From the NCBI RefSeq assembly GCF_913777325.1, contig NZ_CAJYSA010000064.1: DNA of 64,000 nucleotides, one strand, 5' to 3'. Positions within the stretch are counted from its first letter, which is position 1, and every line of letters begins with the position of its first letter. Under the pieces are notes generated by a model. It ran no database searches. It was not told the DNA's origin and saw nothing but the letters and a program-made list of their open reading frames with translations. The position numbers were made by a program, and so were the translations under genes. Source of the DNA: an uncultured Sphingomonas sp. (GTDB lineage: Bacteria > Pseudomonadota > Alphaproteobacteria > Sphingomonadales > Sphingomonadaceae). This document shows, piece by piece, positions 45,856-57,970 of the stretch.

Positions 45856-46623
45856 CTACAGCCAGGTTTTTTCGCGCAGGTTGAGATTGTCCATCCGCCG
45901 CGCCGACAATCGGGGCGCCAGAAAGCGGTAGAAGTACCAATCCTTCGTCGCCGCCGGTGTGAAGTGATACAGCAGTCGCTCCGCCAGGGTCCAGTTCACC
46001 GCGCTGCGATCGCTGCGCCGGTCGGACGGGACGCACCACAGGTCGAACGGATAGGCGACGCGGCCCTGTTTGACGATGCGCTGCATGATCTCGTGATCCT
46101 CCAGCACATAGCGCCACCAGCGTTCCGAATAGCCGCCCGCCGCGCGCAACGCATCGGTGCGGAACGTCTGCCCATAGCCTCCGGTGTGCGTCTGTTTGGG
46201 CCACAGCCGGCTGGCGATGCGCACATGGCGGCGCTTGCGCAGCGCGGCCGCTTCGTCGTTACCCGGCACGTCGGTGCCCATCACCGCCACGACGCCGGGC
46301 GCATAAGCGGCATCGGCGGTGGCGAGATAATGCGGCGGGTAGACGGTGTCGGCATCGCCGAACGCGACGAACGGGGTCGCAACCGCCGCCAGCCCACATT
46401 CCAGCGCGTGGATCTTGCCGGGCCGCTCCTCGGAAAGGTGGGTTACCTCGATCCCCGTCATCGTCGCGCCGATCCCGCGCGCCAGATCGGCGGAATTGTC
46501 GGTCGAGCCATTGTCGACCAGCACCAGCCGGAACGGGCGCAGCGTCTGCCGCGTGATGCTGTCCAGCGTGGCGGGCAGATAGGCCGCCTCGTTGTAATAG
46601 GGGATCACGAACGACCACTTCAC
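45856..46623 (-). CDS. Glycosyltransferase family 2
   Basis: SFVIPYYNEAAYLPATLDSI...LVDNGSTDNS is present. The probable GTG start at 46623 overlaps the upstream stop (GTGA). Confidence 0.8.
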   Translation of the reverse strand: MKWSFVIPYYNEAAYLPATLDSITRQTLRPFRLVLVDNGSTDNSADLARGIGATMTGIEVTHLSEERPGKIHALECGLAAVATPFVAFGDADTVYPPHYLATADAAYAPGVVAVMGTDVPGNDEAAALRKRRHVRIASRLWPKQTHTGGYGQTFRTDALRAAGGYSERWWRYVLEDHEIMQRIVKQGRVAYPFDLWCVPSDRRSDRSAVNWTLAERLLYHFTPAATKDWYFYRFLAPRLSARRMDNLNLREKTWL

Positions 46624-47675
46624 CCCAGCATTCCCGCCAGAACCTGACATGCCGCCACGCTGCTATCCCATCCATGTGTCGCCACGACATGTCGCCGTGC
46701 CGCCGCGCCCATCGACGCGATCCGCGCGGGATCGTCAAGCAGCGCGGCTGTGGCCGGCTCGAACGTGGCCTGATCGACGCGCAGGCCGCAATCGGGCGGT
46801 ATGACGTCCTCGCCCATCCGCGCACCGAAGCCGACCACCGGCTTCCCGCACGCCATCGCCTCGACGATCGCGCGCGGGAAATAGTCGCGCCGGCCGGCGT
46901 GGAAATAGACATGTGCCTGTTGGAGCAGGTCGGGCACGTCGCGATGCGGGACATGCCCCAGCCATTCGATGTTCGGGTAGCGCCGTGCGAGCGCCGCGCC
47001 GTCCGGGCCATCGCCCGCCACCGCGACGCGATATCGCTGCGACAAGGCGCCGACCTCGGCGAAGCTCTTCCACCGCGACAGGCGGCTGACCGAGACCACG
47101 TCCCACCGGATCGGGCGCGGTTCCGGATGGAACAGCTCGATATCGATCGCCTTGGGCAGCCGCAGCATCCGGCTGCGGGGGATCGGCGGGCGCCAGAAGA
47201 AGCGTGGATGCGCCAGCGCCTGTTCCTGTGCTACGGTTTCGGGGAACACCAGCTTCGCACGCGGCAGCAGCCGGCTCCAATAATCGCCGCCGATGATCAC
47301 CGCATAGCGCCGCGCCGCAGGTCGCAGCAGCCGGTCGTACAGATGAAAGCCGATGCCCCCGTTGGTGCCGATCACGACGAACAACGCGTCGCCGGCCGCG
47401 CGCGCCGCCGCCAGCATCGCCGCGCTGACATGATCGCGCGGCGCCTTGCGCGGATTGTCGGCGGTGAACAGCCGCACCGTGTAGCGGGTGCCCGCATCCC
47501 CGGCCGACTCCACCACGCAGGCCTCGCGCCCGATCCCCCACAACTCGACTTCCACCCCCATCGCCGATAGGATAGCGGGCATCCGGCGATCGCGATTGTT
47601 CCACGCCAGCCACTCGGCCTGGTCTGCGACGCTGACGTATGTGGGATAGCTGAGGATGAAGATGATACGCGGCAT
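46620..47675 (-). CDS. Glycosyltransferase family 1/4
   Basis: The C-terminal part, ...YFHAGRRDYFPRAIVEAMACGKPVV, has a GT1 EX7E-like region. The start is MPRIIFILSY at 47675. Confidence 0.8.
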   Translation of the reverse strand: MPRIIFILSYPTYVSVADQAEWLAWNNRDRRMPAILSAMGVEVELWGIGREACVVESAGDAGTRYTVRLFTADNPRKAPRDHVSAAMLAAARAAGDALFVVIGTNGGIGFHLYDRLLRPAARRYAVIIGGDYWSRLLPRAKLVFPETVAQEQALAHPRFFWRPPIPRSRMLRLPKAIDIELFHPEPRPIRWDVVSVSRLSRWKSFAEVGALSQRYRVAVAGDGPDGAALARRYPNIEWLGHVPHRDVPDLLQQAHVYFHAGRRDYFPRAIVEAMACGKPVVGFGARMGEDVIPPDCGLRVDQATFEPATAALLDDPARIASMGAAARRHVVATHGWDSSVAACQVLAGMLG

Positions 47676-47678
47676 GCT

Positions 47679-48512
47679 TTGGTCCCTGGTGGCGGGTTCG
47701 CAGCGGCCGACCGGGCGCATGGGGACGCGCGCGTGATCCATCCGTTCGGCGACGAAGGACCGCGCATCTCCTGCCTGATGGTCACCGCCGACCGCCGAAA
47801 ATTGGCTGAGCGGTCGGTTAACTCCTTTTTGTCGCAGGAGTATCCCAACCGCGAGCTGGTAATCGTCGACGACGGCGAGCAGGATTATTCACCGATTCTC
47901 GCGGCGATCCCGCCCGAGCGGCTGATCCATCACCGGCTGGTGAAAGAGCCGGGGCGTACGCTGGGCGACCTGCGCAACCTGTCGCTCGACCTGGCGCGTG
48001 GCAGCCTGCTGGCGCAATGGGACGACGACGACTGGTTCGATCCCGAGCGCCTGTCGCGTCAGTTCGCGACGCTCGGCGGGAAGGTGGCATGCTGGACGAT
48101 CGCGACGATCGTCCATCTCGACGATCCGGCGTGGCTGGAGCGGCCCTATGTCGGCTATATCCAGGGCGGCGCGCCGAGCACGATCCTGCATGTCCGCGAT
48201 GACGGCATCCGCTATCCGTCCGAGCGCAAGGGCGAGGACAGCACCTATCGCGATACCTGGGCGAGGCGCGGCGCGGCGGTGATGGGGCGCGAATGGTCGG
48301 CGTTGCTGATCCGCTGCTTCCACGGCAGCAACACATGGGAGCGGGACCATTTCACCCGCCGCGTCGCGCTGCGCCCACGCGACATCGTGGAGTGGAACAT
48401 CCGCAAGCTGTTCGGAACCACGGACCGTTACTCGCAATTCCGGCTCACGCCCCGGCAGCAGGCGTCGTTCGACGCCTTCTTCGCCCAGTCGCGCGCGCTC
48501 GGTATCTTCTGA
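47679..48512 (+). CDS. Glycosyltransferase family 2
   Basis: ISCLMVTADRRKLAERSVNSFLSQEYPNRELVIVDDG is present, with DDDDW later. The true start is uncertain and may be the GTG at 47733. Confidence 0.75.
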   Translation: MVPGGGFAAADRAHGDARVIHPFGDEGPRISCLMVTADRRKLAERSVNSFLSQEYPNRELVIVDDGEQDYSPILAAIPPERLIHHRLVKEPGRTLGDLRNLSLDLARGSLLAQWDDDDWFDPERLSRQFATLGGKVACWTIATIVHLDDPAWLERPYVGYIQGGAPSTILHVRDDGIRYPSERKGEDSTYRDTWARRGAAVMGREWSALLIRCFHGSNTWERDHFTRRVALRPRDIVEWNIRKLFGTTDRYSQFRLTPRQQASFDAFFAQSRALGIF

Positions 48513-48526
48513 CGCTGGAGCGCGCG

Positions 48527-49501
48527 GTGCTGGAGAAACAACTCGAATTCTGGCGGGCGTGGGCGGAGCGCCCCGCGGCCAAGACGCTGGGCAAGGTGGC
48601 GCGGATCGCCTTCTTCGTCGGCATGATCGTGTGGATGACGGTGCAGGTGCATGCGATCGGCTGGAGCGAGGTGCTCGCCAGCCTGCCGGTCAACCCGCTG
48701 TTCTACATCCTGTTCGTCATCGGTTTCCTGATCCTGCCGGCCTCCGAGATCCTGGTGTTCCGCACCATCTTCGGACGGCCGCTGCCGGGCGGCTTCCCGA
48801 TCTACATCCGCAAGCGCATCCTCAACAGCGCATTGGTCGGCTATTCGGGGGAGGTCTATCTCTTCGTCTGGCTGCGGCGCGTGATCGGGCTGCCCAACAA
48901 GACGATCGCGCTCGGGCTGAAGGACAATGCGATCCTCTCCGCGCTCGCGTCCGGCTTCGTCACGTTGGTGCTGCTGGTCGCCTTCGCGGCCGCGGGCGAC
49001 GCGCGGCGGATCGTGGCGTGGCTGAACCCGGGGCCGGCGTTGCTGATCGCGGGGTTGATGGGCGCGATCTTCCTGGCGCCGCTACTCTTCCGGGTACGGG
49101 CGCAATTGATCGCGATGCCGATGCGGCAGATGTTGCAGGTGATGACGATCCACAGCGCGCGGATCGTGCTGACGGTGCTGCTGCAGGCGACGCAATGGGC
49201 GGTGGTGCTGCCGCAAGAGCCGTGGAGCGTGTGGCTGGTGTTCCTGACCGCGCAGATGGTGATCTCCCGACTGCCGATCATACCCAATCGCGACCTGCTG
49301 TTCCTGAGCGCCGCGCTGGAGATGAGCGGCGCGATCGCCGGCCCGCGCGAGGCGATGGCCGGGCTGTTGCTGGCGGGCGGCGCGCTGACGCAGGGGAGCA
49401 ATCTGGTGTTCTACCTGCTCACCTCGCTGTCGAAACAGCCGCCGGTCGACGGCGGCGAGGTGAAGGGCGAGGAGCCGCAGCGGGTCCCGGGTGCGTCCTG
49501 A
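48527..49501 (+). CDS. Integral membrane protein (multi-helix, flippase or UPF0104-like)
   Basis: The start is taken as the GTG at 48527, just after the upstream stop. It contains many hydrophobic helices. Confidence 0.6.
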   Translation: MLEKQLEFWRAWAERPAAKTLGKVARIAFFVGMIVWMTVQVHAIGWSEVLASLPVNPLFYILFVIGFLILPASEILVFRTIFGRPLPGGFPIYIRKRILNSALVGYSGEVYLFVWLRRVIGLPNKTIALGLKDNAILSALASGFVTLVLLVAFAAAGDARRIVAWLNPGPALLIAGLMGAIFLAPLLFRVRAQLIAMPMRQMLQVMTIHSARIVLTVLLQATQWAVVLPQEPWSVWLVFLTAQMVISRLPIIPNRDLLFLSAALEMSGAIAGPREAMAGLLLAGGALTQGSNLVFYLLTSLSKQPPVDGGEVKGEEPQRVPGAS

Positions 49502-49503
49502 CG

Positions 49504-50892
49504 CTAGCGCGTCACCGCGGCCACGTCCGATCGCGACCACCCGCCACCCAATGCCTGATAGAGCGCGACATAGCTGTTGAGCCGGTCCGCGCGCGCCTGT
49601 GCCAGCGACAATTCGGCATTCAGCAGCGTCCGTTGCGCATCAAGCTGCTCGATATAGCTGGAATAGCCGGCGCGGTAGCGATTGGTGGCGTTCTGTAAGG
49701 CGCCGCGCGAGGCCGTGGCCTGTTCGGCGAGCGATTGCGCCTGCTCCCCGGTGCGGCGGACGCCCGCCAGCGCGTCCTCGACCTCGCGAAAGGCGGTGAG
49801 CGCGGTGCGGCGGTAGGCGAAGGCCGCCTGATCGCGCCGGGCGGTCGCGCCGCGTTCCTGCGCGCGCAGCCGCCCGCCGTCGAAGATCGGACCGAGGATG
49901 CTCGCGCCCAGCGAGAAGACCACCTCCGGCTGCGCCAGCGCGGTCGACAGCACGAGGTTGGCGGCGCCGGTCAGCGACAGGTTGGGGAGCATCGCCGCGC
50001 GCTGGCTGTCGAGCGAGCGATCGGCGGCGACCAGAGTCTGTTCGGCCTGAAACAGGTCGGGGCGGCGGCGCAGCAGGTCAGCGGGCAGGCCATCGGGGAT
50101 CGGCGGGGTCGCCAGCCGTTCGAGCGTGACCCCGCGATCGATCGCGCGCGGCGTGTCGCCGGTCAGCAGCGCCAGCGCGTTCTCGGCGCGGGTGATCGCC
50201 AGTTCGGCGGCGGGGACGAGCTGCGCGGTGGCGGCATATTCGGCCTGTGCCTGGCGGTACTCCAGCCGGGAGGTATAGCCGGTCTCGAACCGCCGCCGCG
50301 CGATCCGCAAGGCGTCCGCGCGCGAGGCGAGCGTATCGCGCGCGATCGCCAGCCGATGATCGAGCGCGCGCAGCGTGATGTAGCTTTGCGCGGCGGTGGC
50401 GGCGACCGCCAACCGCACCGTGTCCGCCGCCGCCTCGGTCGCGAGCAGTTGCGCGCGCGCCGCACGGGTCGCCTGCCGCAGCCGCCCGAACAGATCGAGG
50501 TCGTAGCTGAGCGTGACGCCGGGCTGTACCGCCGCCGAGCGCGCGGTGGTGCCCAATGCGCTGATCGACTGGCCCTGCGTCTCCGGTACGGTGCCGCCGA
50601 CCTGAGGGAGCAGTTGCGCGCGCGACAGCGCCTCGGCGGCGCGCGCCTCCTCGACACGGGCCGCGGCGGTCTGGATATCGAGATTGTTGGCGAGGGCGCG
50701 TTCGACCAGGGCGGTGAGCGCCGGGTCGCCGAATGCCTGCCACCACGCCGCCTGCACGGGTCCGCCGGTGGGCAGCGCGTTGCGCCACGCTGGCGGTGGA
50801 ACCACCGCCGCCGACTCCGGCGCCGGTCGACGCGGGCCGGGCAGCGCGCACCCGGCCAGCAGCAGCGGGATCAGGAGGGCGGGGCGCTTCAT
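49504..50892 (-). CDS. Efflux outer-membrane lipoprotein, NodT family
   Basis: The lipobox is LLLAGC. The length and sequence character are typical of an outer-membrane efflux factor. Confidence 0.9.
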   Translation of the reverse strand: MKRPALLIPLLLAGCALPGPRRPAPESAAVVPPPAWRNALPTGGPVQAAWWQAFGDPALTALVERALANNLDIQTAAARVEEARAAEALSRAQLLPQVGGTVPETQGQSISALGTTARSAAVQPGVTLSYDLDLFGRLRQATRAARAQLLATEAAADTVRLAVAATAAQSYITLRALDHRLAIARDTLASRADALRIARRRFETGYTSRLEYRQAQAEYAATAQLVPAAELAITRAENALALLTGDTPRAIDRGVTLERLATPPIPDGLPADLLRRRPDLFQAEQTLVAADRSLDSQRAAMLPNLSLTGAANLVLSTALAQPEVVFSLGASILGPIFDGGRLRAQERGATARRDQAAFAYRRTALTAFREVEDALAGVRRTGEQAQSLAEQATASRGALQNATNRYRAGYSSYIEQLDAQRTLLNAELSLAQARADRLNSYVALYQALGGGWSRSDVAAVTR

Positions 50893-52034
50893 TGCGGGGC
50901 GGCTGCGCCAGCGGTGTCGACGCGCGCCTGCACCGACATGCCGGGACGCAGCCGATCGGCCAATCGCTGACCGGGATCGACGCGGATGCGGACCGCGATG
51001 CGTTGCGGCACCTTCGTGAAATTGCCGGTGGCATTGTCGGACTTCAGCACCGCGAACTCGCTGCCGGCGGCGGGCGAAATCCGCTCGACATGGCCGGTCA
51101 GCCGCGCGTTTGCCAGCGCGTCGACGGTGAAGCTGGCGCGTTGCCCGACCGCGATCCGCGCGGTCTGCGCTTCCTTGAAATTGGCGATCACCCAGGTTTC
51201 GGGAGGCACGAGGAACATCAGTTGCGAGCCGGCGGTGACGTACTGGCCGACGCGCACCCCGACTTCGCTGAGACGCCCGGCCTCGGGCGCGCGGATGACG
51301 GTGTTCGACAGGTCGATGTTGGCGAGGCGCAGCGCCGCGCGTGCGCCCGACACGCCGGCCTGCTGCCCGCCGCGCCCGACCGCGACGGTGCGGATATCCT
51401 GACGCGCGATCTCCTGCGCGGCCTGCGCCTGGTTGAGCTGCGCCTGCGCCTGACGCAGCGCGGCCAGCGTCTGATCGCGCTCGCGCAGGCTGACCGAGCC
51501 GTCGGTGACCAGATCGTTGACGCGGTTCATGTCCGCCTGCGCCCGCATCAACTGCGCGCGGGCGTTGGCGACCGCCGCGCCTTGCGCGCCGAAGCTGGCC
51601 TGGCGGCTGGCGGCGGTCTGGTCGCTGTTGGCGAGCGTCGCCTGCGCGCTTTCGACCTGCGCCTGCGCCTGCTCGACGCGCTGCCGGTAGATGCGGTCGT
51701 CGATCGTCACCAGCGGCTGGCCGGCGCGGACATTTTCGAAATCGCGGACCAGCACCTTCGTGACATAGCCCGACACCTGTGGCGCGATGACGGTGGTGCG
51801 ACCGCGCACATAGGCGTTGTCGGTCGCCTCATAACCGGTCGTGAACGGCCAGATCCGCCACGCGGCCAGCACCGCCGCGATGCCGGCCACCGCCAGCAGC
51901 AGAATGAGCGTGATCGCGGTGCGCGACAGCGTGGGCGGACGCCACCCGGACCCGGCGGGGGCGGCGGGGGCGCTCTCGGCCACCTTCTCCTCGGTGGCGG
52001 GCTGGGCGGCGACGGGCGAACGGGTGTCGGTCAT
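50889..52034 (-). CDS. HlyD/EmrA-type membrane fusion protein
   Basis: Its ATG at 52034 overlaps the MFS gene stop (ATGA). It has a single N-terminal helix, a coiled-coil, and a barrel-sandwich pattern. Confidence 0.9.
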   Translation of the reverse strand: MTDTRSPVAAQPATEEKVAESAPAAPAGSGWRPPTLSRTAITLILLLAVAGIAAVLAAWRIWPFTTGYEATDNAYVRGRTTVIAPQVSGYVTKVLVRDFENVRAGQPLVTIDDRIYRQRVEQAQAQVESAQATLANSDQTAASRQASFGAQGAAVANARAQLMRAQADMNRVNDLVTDGSVSLRERDQTLAALRQAQAQLNQAQAAQEIARQDIRTVAVGRGGQQAGVSGARAALRLANIDLSNTVIRAPEAGRLSEVGVRVGQYVTAGSQLMFLVPPETWVIANFKEAQTARIAVGQRASFTVDALANARLTGHVERISPAAGSEFAVLKSDNATGNFTKVPQRIAVRIRVDPGQRLADRLRPGMSVQARVDTAGAAAPQ

Positions 52035-53689
52035 GCGGTGGCCTGAACGCGTGCGCGCCACGAGCGGCGCAACAGCAGGAAGAGTAAGTAGAAGAAGGTG
52101 AGCGCGGCAAGCACCGCGATCAGCCGAAACATGTCGTCATAGGCCAAAACGTTCGCTTCGCGCGTCGCGGTTTGGGACAGCAGCGCGCCACCCTCCGCGC
52201 TGCGCAACGTCGGATCGCCGACGACGCGCGCGACGCCGGTGGCGCCGGCCTGCAGCCGCGCCTGCACGATCGGGTCGGTCGGGTCGATCGCCTGCACCAG
52301 CGCGGCGCTGTTCGCCTTCTCGCGGACGATCTGGTAGGTGCTGAGCAGCGCGGTGCCCGCAAGGCCGCCGATCGAGTTGAGCACGCCGAACAGCGCCAGG
52401 AAGCTGATGACGTGCCCCGCACCCTGTTGCAGCGCGCGCGTCATCCCGAACAGCAGCGACGGGCCGAGGAAGAACGCGCCCGCGAAGGCGATCGTCGCCT
52501 GCGTGGCATAGAGCTGCGGCGCGCGCGTCAGGCTGGTCGAATAGGAATCGACCCAGGCGGCGATCGCGACCAGCCCGATCGCGAGCATCACCGGATGCGC
52601 CAGCTTGGTGGGATCGAGCGTGATCGCGCTGGTGACGAACCCCGCGACGGTGGCGAGGAAGATGATCGTGAAGAACGGCACGAGCTGGTCGTTGTTCTGC
52701 CCCAGCACCGTCAGCAATCCGACCGCGCCATAGGTCTGTTCGGACAGGACGATCCGCGCCATCAGCGTGACGATCGCGAAGCGGATGATGTCCGCGCTGC
52801 CCAGCCAGCGGGTGTTGAGCAAAGGATTGGCGCGATGATGCTCGATGATGAGCGCGGCGGCGAGCATCGGGATCGCGGCGAGCAGCGCCCAGCCGATCCA
52901 CGCGGCCTGCGTCCACCACACGTAACGGCCCAACCCCAGCACCGCCGCGAACAGCCCCATCGATCCGGCGAACAAGGCGAAGGTGACGAAATCGAGCTTC
53001 TCGAACGCTTTCTGCCGCGTGGTGGGTGGCAGGCGGAAGGCGAGCACGGCGGCGAGGCTGAGCGCGGACAGCCCGAGTTCGAAGAGGTAGAGCGTGCGCC
53101 ACTGGCTCATCGAGAGCAATTCGGGCGAGAACAGCCGCGCGAGCGGCGTGGCGAGCTGGGGGATGCCGATGCCCAGCACGATTGCGCGCAGCCGCCATTT
53201 CGCGGGAAGCGCCTGCATCAGATAATAAAGCGCGAAGGTGTTGAGCGCGGCGCCCGCCATCCCGCTGGCGCCGCGCACCAGCACCGCCGACCAGAAATCG
53301 CGCACGAACAGATGGCCGAGCGTGAGGACGAGATAGAGCGACAGGAAGATGATCGCGAACGGACGCAGCCCGAATTGCTGGCGGAACTTGATGAGCAGCA
53401 GGTTGATGCTGACGTTGGTCATCACATAGACCGTCGGCAGCCACGCGATCTCCGCCGGATCCAGCCCGAGCGCGCCGGCCAGGGTGACCGTATTGGCGCT
53501 GACCAGCGCGTTGCCGAACCCGCTGGTCAGCCCGACGAGGATCGCGACCAGCGCATAGGCGATCTGGCGTTCGCGCGGATGATCGGGCGACCCGGGCGAG
53601 CCGGGCATGACCGGGCGTTCGTGGGGCGCATAGTCCCAGCGTTCCTCGGAGAGGACGCGGCGCAGGCGAGTGAGGAGGGACATCATCAC
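52031..53689 (-). CDS. MFS efflux transporter (EmrB/DHA2-like)
   Basis: The protein is 552 aa with about 14 hydrophobic helices. It is in an operon with the fusion protein and the outer-membrane factor. Confidence 0.85.
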   Translation of the reverse strand: MMMSLLTRLRRVLSEERWDYAPHERPVMPGSPGSPDHPRERQIAYALVAILVGLTSGFGNALVSANTVTLAGALGLDPAEIAWLPTVYVMTNVSINLLLIKFRQQFGLRPFAIIFLSLYLVLTLGHLFVRDFWSAVLVRGASGMAGAALNTFALYYLMQALPAKWRLRAIVLGIGIPQLATPLARLFSPELLSMSQWRTLYLFELGLSALSLAAVLAFRLPPTTRQKAFEKLDFVTFALFAGSMGLFAAVLGLGRYVWWTQAAWIGWALLAAIPMLAAALIIEHHRANPLLNTRWLGSADIIRFAIVTLMARIVLSEQTYGAVGLLTVLGQNNDQLVPFFTIIFLATVAGFVTSAITLDPTKLAHPVMLAIGLVAIAAWVDSYSTSLTRAPQLYATQATIAFAGAFFLGPSLLFGMTRALQQGAGHVISFLALFGVLNSIGGLAGTALLSTYQIVREKANSAALVQAIDPTDPIVQARLQAGATGVARVVGDPTLRSAEGGALLSQTATREANVLAYDDMFRLIAVLAALTFFYLLFLLLRRSWRARVQATA

Positions 53690-53740
53690 ACCGGAGATGC
53701 CGTCATGGCCGGGCTATGCGCGCCATGACGGCACGGATGG

Positions 53741-54715
53741 TCACTCCACCCAGTCGAGGCCGAGGTCGCGGTAGATGCCGCGGTCCTCGTCCCAATTGGG
53801 CTTCACCTTGACGTGCAGGTACAGATGCACCGGGCGGTCGAGCAGCACCGTCAGCTCGGCGCGCGCCCGCGCCCCGATCTCCTTGATCCGCGCGCCACCC
53901 TTGCCGAGCACGATCGCGCGCTGCGAGGCGCGCTCGACCATGATCTGCTGGTGGATTTCCGCCGAACCGTCCTCGCGATCGACGAACTTCTCGGTCTCGA
54001 TCACGCTGGCATAGGGAAGCTCGGCGTGGAGTTGCAGATAAAGCTGCTCGCGCGTCACCTCGGCGGCCATCGCGCGCTCCGAGGCGTCGGAGACCTGATC
54101 CTCCGGATAGTGCCACGGCCCCTGCGGCAGCGCCCTGGCCAGCACCTGTTTGAAGTGGGCGACGCCGTCGCCGGTCTGCGCGGAGATGAAGAACGTCTCC
54201 GCGAACGGCAGCAGTCCGTTCAGCCGCTCGGCATGGAGCAGCAGCTTGGGCTTGTCGGCGAGGTCGACCTTGTTGAGGACGAGATAGATCGGTTCGCTGC
54301 GCCCCTTCAGCGCCTCGACGATCTCGGTGACCTTCGGGCCCAGCCCGCCCTTGCCGTCGACGATCAGCGCGATCACGTCCGCGCCCTCGGTCCCGCCCCA
54401 CGCGGCGGCGACCATCGCACGGTCGAACCGGCGGTTCGGCTCGAAGATGCCGGGCGTATCGACCAGCAGGAGCTGCGTATCGCCCTCGATCGCCACGCCC
54501 ATCAGCCGGGTGCGGGTCGTCTGCGCCTTCGGGCTGACGATCGCGACCTTCTGTCCGACCAACGCATTGACCAGCGTGGACTTTCCAGCATTCGGCGCGC
54601 CGACCACCGCGACCAGCCCGCAATGCCGGGACGGCGCGCCGTCCGGCGAATGGTGCGAATGTTGAGACGCTGGCGCGTTGGATTCGTTAGGCGCGGTGGG
54701 GTCGATGTCGGTCAT
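53741..54715 (-). CDS. era: GTPase Era
   Basis: The G1 motif is GAPNAGKST, DTPG is present, and there is a C-terminal KH domain. Its ATG at 54715 overlaps the dnaJ stop (ATGA). Confidence 0.92.
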   Translation of the reverse strand: MTDIDPTAPNESNAPASQHSHHSPDGAPSRHCGLVAVVGAPNAGKSTLVNALVGQKVAIVSPKAQTTRTRLMGVAIEGDTQLLLVDTPGIFEPNRRFDRAMVAAAWGGTEGADVIALIVDGKGGLGPKVTEIVEALKGRSEPIYLVLNKVDLADKPKLLLHAERLNGLLPFAETFFISAQTGDGVAHFKQVLARALPQGPWHYPEDQVSDASERAMAAEVTREQLYLQLHAELPYASVIETEKFVDREDGSAEIHQQIMVERASQRAIVLGKGGARIKEIGARARAELTVLLDRPVHLYLHVKVKPNWDEDRGIYRDLGLDWVE

Positions 54716-55836
54716 TCGCCCGCAATCGCACTCTTCAGCCGCGAGAAGAAGCCCTGGCTCTGCGGGCATTCCTCACCGGTTTCGGTCTCGCGAAACTCCT
54801 CCAGCAACGCGCGCTGCCGCGTCGACAGCCGGGTCGGCGTCTCGACCTCGATCTGGATCACCAGGTCGCCGTGCCCGCGCCCTTGCAGCACCGGCATGCC
54901 CGCGCCGCGTTGCTTGAGCTGCTTGCCCGACTGGATCCCCGCCGGGATCTTCACCTCATGCCGCTTCCCGTCCAGCCCGGGGATCGACATGACGCCGCCG
55001 AGCGCGGCGGTGGTGAAGCTGATCGGTGCGCGCGCGAACAGGGTGGTGCCCTCCCGCTCGAAGATCGCATGCCGCTTGATGTGGAGGAAGATGTAGAGGT
55101 CGCCCGCCGGTGCGCCGCGCGCGCCGGCCTCGCCTTCGCCGGTGAGCCGCACGCGCGTGCCCTCGTCCACGCCGGGCGGGATCGAGACGGCAAGCGTCTT
55201 GGTCTTCTCCACGCGGCCCTCGCCGCGACAATCGGCGCAGGGATCGGTGATGACCTGGCCGGTGCCGTGGCAGACCGGGCAGGCGCGCTCGACGACGAAA
55301 AAGCCCTGTTGCGCGCGGACCTTGCCATGGCCGTGGCAATGCTGACACGTGTGGGCGTGGGTGCCCGGCTTCGATCCGGTGCCGTGGCAGGTGTCGCACG
55401 GCGCGGAAATGTCGACGGTGATCTCCGTCTCCTTGCCGTGGAACGCTTCCTCCAGCGTGATCTCCATGTCGTAGCGCAGATCCGCGCCGCGCCGCGTCTG
55501 CTGACGCCCGCCGCCGCGCTGGCCGCCCATGAACTCGCCGAAGACGCTTTCGAAGATGTCGGAGAAGCCGCCGAAATCCTGCGCCTGATGCCCGCCGCCC
55601 ATGCCGCCGTTGCGGAACGCGGCGTGGCCGAAGCGATCGTAGGCGGCGCGCTTCTGCGGATCCTTCAGGCAGTCATAGGCTTCGCTGACCGCCTTGAACT
55701 TGGCCTCCGAATCCTTGCACCCGGCGTTCTTGTCCGGGTGATACTTCATTGCCAGCTTGCGGTACGACGACTTGATCGTCCCGGCATCCGCGGTGCGCTC
55801 GCATTCGAGCAACTCGTAATAGTCGATTTCGGTCAT
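54712..55836 (-). CDS. dnaJ: Chaperone DnaJ
   Basis: The J domain contains KYHPDKN. A G/F region follows, then four CxxCxGxG zinc motifs. Confidence 0.97.
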   Translation of the reverse strand: MTEIDYYELLECERTADAGTIKSSYRKLAMKYHPDKNAGCKDSEAKFKAVSEAYDCLKDPQKRAAYDRFGHAAFRNGGMGGGHQAQDFGGFSDIFESVFGEFMGGQRGGGRQQTRRGADLRYDMEITLEEAFHGKETEITVDISAPCDTCHGTGSKPGTHAHTCQHCHGHGKVRAQQGFFVVERACPVCHGTGQVITDPCADCRGEGRVEKTKTLAVSIPPGVDEGTRVRLTGEGEAGARGAPAGDLYIFLHIKRHAIFEREGTTLFARAPISFTTAALGGVMSIPGLDGKRHEVKIPAGIQSGKQLKQRGAGMPVLQGRGHGDLVIQIEVETPTRLSTRQRALLEEFRETETGEECPQSQGFFSRLKSAIAGE

Positions 55837-55843
55837 ATCGGCG

Positions 55844-55970
55844 CTTCTAGCCCTCTCCCCTCAGGGGAGAGGGTCGGGTGAGGGGCGGCCACGCACGCAT
55901 CGCTGCGGTGTGAAGCCACGCCCTCTCACTACCCCTCTCCCAACCCTCTCCCCACCGGGGAGAGGGCTAG
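55844..55970. repeat. REP-like extragenic palindromes: two copies of the CCCTCTCCCC-N3-GGGGAGAGGG hairpin
   Basis: Hairpin 1 is at 55851-55873 and hairpin 2 at 55944-55966. Each has a perfect 10 bp stem and is flanked by CTAG. They lie in the dnaK-dnaJ intergenic region. Confidence 0.7.
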
Positions 55971-55979
55971 GATGTCACA

Positions 55980-57884
<1,905 letters not shown>

Positions 57885-57970
57885 GAGTGCTTTACCTAGC
57901 CCCTGCATATTTGTGACTTCGAGTGCGTCACGCCCCGTTACGGCAGCGCAACCGCGTGTGACGAAGGGCG

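Noticed and set aside
57885-57935. GAGTGC boxes upstream of dnaK as a possible CIRCE/HrcA operator
   Set aside because: The two boxes are direct repeats, not inverted, and do not match TTAGCACTC-N9-GAGTGCTAA.
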